From Candidatus Velesiimonas alkalicola (lineage in GTDB: Bacteria; Omnitrophota; Gorgyraeia; Velesiimonadales; Velesiimonadaceae), in the NCBI GenBank assembly GCA_013626165.1, contig NDHX01000006.1, positions 2,060 to 66,059 of the forward strand: 64,000 nucleotides of DNA, in the 5' to 3' direction. The number at the start of each line of letters is the position of its first letter. Within the stretch, counting starts at the first letter, position 1. Both the position numbers and the translations under genes were made by a program. A model generated the notes under the pieces. The model saw nothing but the letters and a program-made list of their open reading frames with translations, was not told the DNA's origin and searched no databases. Positions 60,439-64,000 of the stretch are shown here, one piece after another.

Positions 60439-61578
60439 CTAACCTTCAGTTTTTGCCAGCGCCTGCTCCAAATCCTCGATTATATCCTCGATATTCTCCA
60501 ATCCCACGGAGAGTCTCACCAGGTTATCGAAGATACCCACCTTCTCCCGGAACTCCTTCGGCATCGAGGCATGGCTCATGGTAGCCGGGTGCTCTACGAG
60601 GGAATTAGCGCCGCCAAGGGACTCCGCTAGAATGAATAGCTCGACACCTCTCAAGAACGAGTTAACCTCGCCATTTATCTCGAAGGACACCATCCCGCCG
60701 AAACCGTCCATCTGCCGGGCGGCGATCTCATGACCCGGATGAGACTTCAGTCCGGGATAGAATACCCTGCTTACCCGGGGGTGTTTCTCCAGAAATGAGG
60801 CGACCGCGGCAGCAGACATCGCATGCTGCTTAACCCTCAAAGGCAGGGTCTTGATCCCGCGAAGCACCAGCCAGCAGTCAAAGGGTGAGGCACAGGTGCC
60901 CAGAGCATTCAAGAGAAATTGCACCTTTTGGGTTAGATCATCGGTAGCGGTCACTATCGCCCCACCGACAACATCGCAGTGGCCGTTGAGATACTTGGTA
61001 GTAGAATGCACCACCAAATCAACGCCATACTCAATTGGCCGCAGGAAACAGGGCGTGGGAAAGGTATTATCCGCCATGGTCAACAGATTATGCTTTCGGG
61101 CAATATCTACCACCATCTCTACATCCGTGATATTTAGCAGCGGATTGGAGGGGGTCTCGATCCATATCATCCTGGTATTGGGCCTTATGGCATCCTCGAT
61201 CTCCCGTCTGTTATTCAGACGTAGGAAGGTAAACTCCAATCCGAAGTTGGTCATCACATCTTGAAACAGACGGTAGGTTCCGCCGTAGATGTCATCTCCG
61301 GAGATCACATGGTCTCCGGCCTTCAGCAAATATATTGCGGTGGCTTCGGCAGCCATGCCGGTGGCAAAGGCAAATCCCGCCTTTCCGCCCTCGAGCCTGG
61401 CGATGGTCTCCTCCAACACCTTCCTGGTGGGGTTGGAGGTGCGAGAATAGTCGTAGCCCCTGGTCTTGCCCACATCCTCAAAGGCAAAGGTGGAGGTCTG
61501 ATAGATCGGTGTGATTAATGCGCCGGTGGTGGGATCGGGCTTTTCGCTGCCATGAATCGCTAATGTTTCGAATCTCAT
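60439..61578 (-). CDS. Cystathionine gamma-lyase/synthase (trans-sulfuration family)
   Basis: PIYQTSTF, YSRTSNPT, ETPSNP, HSTTKYLNGH. Confidence 0.93.
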   Translation of the reverse strand: MRFETLAIHGSEKPDPTTGALITPIYQTSTFAFEDVGKTRGYDYSRTSNPTRKVLEETIARLEGGKAGFAFATGMAAEATAIYLLKAGDHVISGDDIYGGTYRLFQDVMTNFGLEFTFLRLNNRREIEDAIRPNTRMIWIETPSNPLLNITDVEMVVDIARKHNLLTMADNTFPTPCFLRPIEYGVDLVVHSTTKYLNGHCDVVGGAIVTATDDLTQKVQFLLNALGTCASPFDCWLVLRGIKTLPLRVKQHAMSAAAVASFLEKHPRVSRVFYPGLKSHPGHEIAARQMDGFGGMVSFEINGEVNSFLRGVELFILAESLGGANSLVEHPATMSHASMPKEFREKVGIFDNLVRLSVGLENIEDIIEDLEQALAKTEG

Positions 61579-61720
61579 ATTTCTTCTCCTTCCTTTTCTC
61601 TTTGCAGGGGGGCTTCTCTATCCCCACTGAAGCCTCCAACATCTCCGGTCGCCTTTCGAGCCTGTCCTGATACTCATCAGCACCGGTCCGATCGCCTCAG
61701 CCGTGGGATCGGGTAGCCTT

Positions 61721-62737
61721 TCATGCAGTTGCTTCCGAATCGAAAGAGAATAACGGAGTGGACACATATCTCTCACCCGAGTCAGGGAAGACAACGACAA
61801 TGAGTTTCCCCTTGTTTTGCGGCCTTTTCGCCACCTGTAAAGCTGCCCACATGGCTGCCCCCGAAGATATGCCACAGAGTATCCCTTCTTCTTTAGCCAC
61901 TCTTCTGGCTGTAGTGAAGGCATCTTCATTTGTTACAGTGATGACCTCATCAAGAATTTTGCGATTTAGCACCTTCGGCACAAAACCAGCGCCAATCCCC
62001 TGTATACGATGCGGTCCTGGTCTACCTCCGGAAAGCACCGGAGATGCTTCTGGTTCCACCCCGATTGCTTGAAAAGAAGGCTTGCGCTTCTTAATTACCT
62101 CCGATACCCCGGTAACCGTCCCTCCTGTACCGATACCTGCAACCAGGATATCCACTCTACCACCGGTATCCTCCCAGATTTCCTCCGCCGTGGTTAGACG
62201 ATGGACATGTGGATTAGCCAGATTTTCAAACTGCTGGGGGACAAAGCTGCCCCGGATCTGGCGATGCAGCTCCTCTGCCTTGCTAATAGCGCCCTTCATC
62301 CCCTCTGAACCTGGTGTAAGTACAACCTCAGCCCCTAATATCTGCAGAATCTTCCGGCGCTCTATCGACATCGTCTCGGGCATAGTTAAAACCAGGCGAT
62401 ATCCCATGGCGGCGCAGGCAAGAGCCAACCCAATCCCGGTGTTCCCGGAGGTAGGCTCTATAATCACCATCCCCGGCTTAAGCAACCCCACTCTCTCTGC
62501 TGCCTCGAGCATGGCTGCGCCGATTCTATCCTTCACGCTGTTTAAGGGATTAAACGACTCCAGCTTGGCTACTACCTCGGCTCCGCAATCGCGTGTCAGC
62601 CGATTTATCCTGACAAGAGGAGTGCAGCCAATTACCCGGGTTATATCCTGGTAAATCTTACCTCGAAAATTCTTCTCCCGAATCGGAACTTCATCCGGAG
62701 ATTCAATTTGATTTATGTTCATCCATCTTCTCCTCAA
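61721..62737 (-). CDS. cysK: Cysteine synthase A (second copy)
   Basis: [30 protein letters not shown]. Confidence 0.93.
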   Translation of the reverse strand: MRRRWMNINQIESPDEVPIREKNFRGKIYQDITRVIGCTPLVRINRLTRDCGAEVVAKLESFNPLNSVKDRIGAAMLEAAERVGLLKPGMVIIEPTSGNTGIGLALACAAMGYRLVLTMPETMSIERRKILQILGAEVVLTPGSEGMKGAISKAEELHRQIRGSFVPQQFENLANPHVHRLTTAEEIWEDTGGRVDILVAGIGTGGTVTGVSEVIKKRKPSFQAIGVEPEASPVLSGGRPGPHRIQGIGAGFVPKVLNRKILDEVITVTNEDAFTTARRVAKEEGILCGISSGAAMWAALQVAKRPQNKGKLIVVVFPDSGERYVSTPLFSFDSEATA

Positions 62738-63613
62738 TTAAATAACATAATCTAAAGCCTCGCCAATAACATCGAAGCGATAAATCTGGAAAATACGGTT
62801 CTCCAACTCCACTAATTCTTTGTTGCCACGCATTCTCGGTCTGGGGACATCTACGGAAATGATATTGCGGACCGTACCCGGCTGAGGTGAAAATACGATT
62901 ATGCGGTCAGCAAGATATACCGCCTCCTCAATGTCATGAGTTACGAAAACGACAGTCTTTTGCATAATTTTCCAGATGTTTAAAAGATCATCCTGTAGTT
63001 TTTCCCGCGAAAGAGCATCAATTGCCGCAAAGGGCTCATCCATCAGGATAATCTTTGGTTCCACCGAAAGAGCCCTAGCCAGGGCAACACGCTGACGCAT
63101 TCCTCCTGAAAGTTGGGAGGGATATCTATTTTCAGCACCGCTCAAACCCACAAGGCTTAAGTACCTTCTAGCCAGTTGCTCCCTTTCCCCGCTCAATACA
63201 CCACGCAGTTTCAAGGTAAAAAGCACGTTTTCTAATGCGGTCATCCATGGATAAATACTATAATCCTGGAAAATCATAGCAATATCAAACTTCGGGGTGT
63301 CTCGAAACAGGTTATTGGCGATCGGTGACAGGAAGCGGTATTTCTTTTGATAAGCATCCATTTCCTTGCGTGTGTGAGGGAGTGGTTCTAATACCATCTT
63401 ATCCTGCATGTAGACCTGTCCCTCAGATGGGGCCTGTAACCCTGCCAGGATTTCCAGGAAAGTAGACTTGCCGCAACCGGTAGGACCAACGATAGCCACA
63501 AACTCGCCATCTTCGATTTTTAATGAGACGGATAAAACTGCAGTATTCCCCTCGGCTATTCCATTAGGGTTAATTACTGAAAAGAACTTGGTGATTTCCC
63601 TGGCTTCGATCAT
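62738..63613 (-). CDS. Sulfonate/nitrate/taurine ABC transporter ATP-binding protein
   Basis: GPTGCGKST, YPSQLSGGMRQRV, MDEPFAAID, FVTHDIEEA. Confidence 0.9.
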   Translation of the reverse strand: MIEAREITKFFSVINPNGIAEGNTAVLSVSLKIEDGEFVAIVGPTGCGKSTFLEILAGLQAPSEGQVYMQDKMVLEPLPHTRKEMDAYQKKYRFLSPIANNLFRDTPKFDIAMIFQDYSIYPWMTALENVLFTLKLRGVLSGEREQLARRYLSLVGLSGAENRYPSQLSGGMRQRVALARALSVEPKIILMDEPFAAIDALSREKLQDDLLNIWKIMQKTVVFVTHDIEEAVYLADRIIVFSPQPGTVRNIISVDVPRPRMRGNKELVELENRIFQIYRFDVIGEALDYVI

Positions 63614-63619
63614 GGCTGA

Positions 63620-64000
63620 TTACCTCCCCGCCTTCCAGAAAGCGAGTTTAAGTTCAAGGTGCTTCATGATTTCAATGAGAAACCAGCCCATAAAACCCAG
63701 GGTAAGCATACAAACCACCATCCTGTCTATGCGAAAGAATTCCTTGGATTCCACCAAAAGCCAGCCAATGCCATTAGGGGCGCCGTACATCTCGGCTATT
63801 ACCAGCATCACCAGCCCCAGGGCTATGCCGATTTTAATCCCCATAATCACAGAGCCAAGCGCAGCAGGAACATAGACATGCTTAATCAAAGTAAATTCAC
63901 TGGCACCATAAACCCGCGCCGAGGCAATATACCTTGGCTCAGTATCTTTCACCGCCTGATAAGTGTTAAAAAGAATGGGATAAAAAGCACCCAGGAAAAC
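63620..64000 (-). CDS. Sulfonate/nitrate ABC permease, 5' part beyond the window
   Basis: ASARVYGAS, LVIAEMYGA..GIG; frame open to the window edge. Confidence 0.85.
   Translation of the reverse strand, partial: VFLGAFYPILFNTYQAVKDTEPRYIASARVYGASEFTLIKHVYVPAALGSVIMGIKIGIALGLVMLVIAEMYGAPNGIGWLLVESKEFFRIDRMVVCMLTLGFMGWFLIEIMKHLELKLAFWKAGR

Noticed and set aside
112-63875. Numerous plus-strand ORFs of 60-190 aa
   Set aside because: Antisense shadows of well-supported minus-strand genes

Overview
Bacterial, AT-rich, probably anaerobic genome segment; almost all genes are on the minus strand and taxonomy cannot be fixed from sequence alone. 1-12.3 kb is core: tRNA-Asn, serA, class V aminotransferase, clpP, tig, tRNA-Gly/Leu/Lys, smc, a Re-citrate-synthase-like enzyme and an aspartate aminotransferase. 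12.3-24.3 kb mixes mobile debris (attC-like half sites, RAYT and methylase fragments, IS481, decayed IS66, PIN fragment) with a five-subunit ForDABGE-type 2-oxoacid:ferredoxin oxidoreductase and an orphan etfA. 24.7-30.1 kb is core again (deacetylase, ROK kinase, phosphomannomutase, miaB). From 30.0 kb to the end lies what looks like a composite island inserted into the 5' end of miaB by a large serine recombinase. It carries three alternative miaB 5' ends that all break at the RTFG codons, a 251-bp perfect inverted repeat around a HEPN/MNT + RNase J-like/nuclease/TPR cassette, and then about 26 kb of cargo: sulfur-carrier-based sulfur assimilation including a ThiS-CysK fusion, tetrapyrrole genes, a pst operon split by a Czc/Cus efflux cluster, and Cys/Met enzymes. 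No rRNA or CRISPR array was seen. All calls come from reading the sequence; no searches were run.
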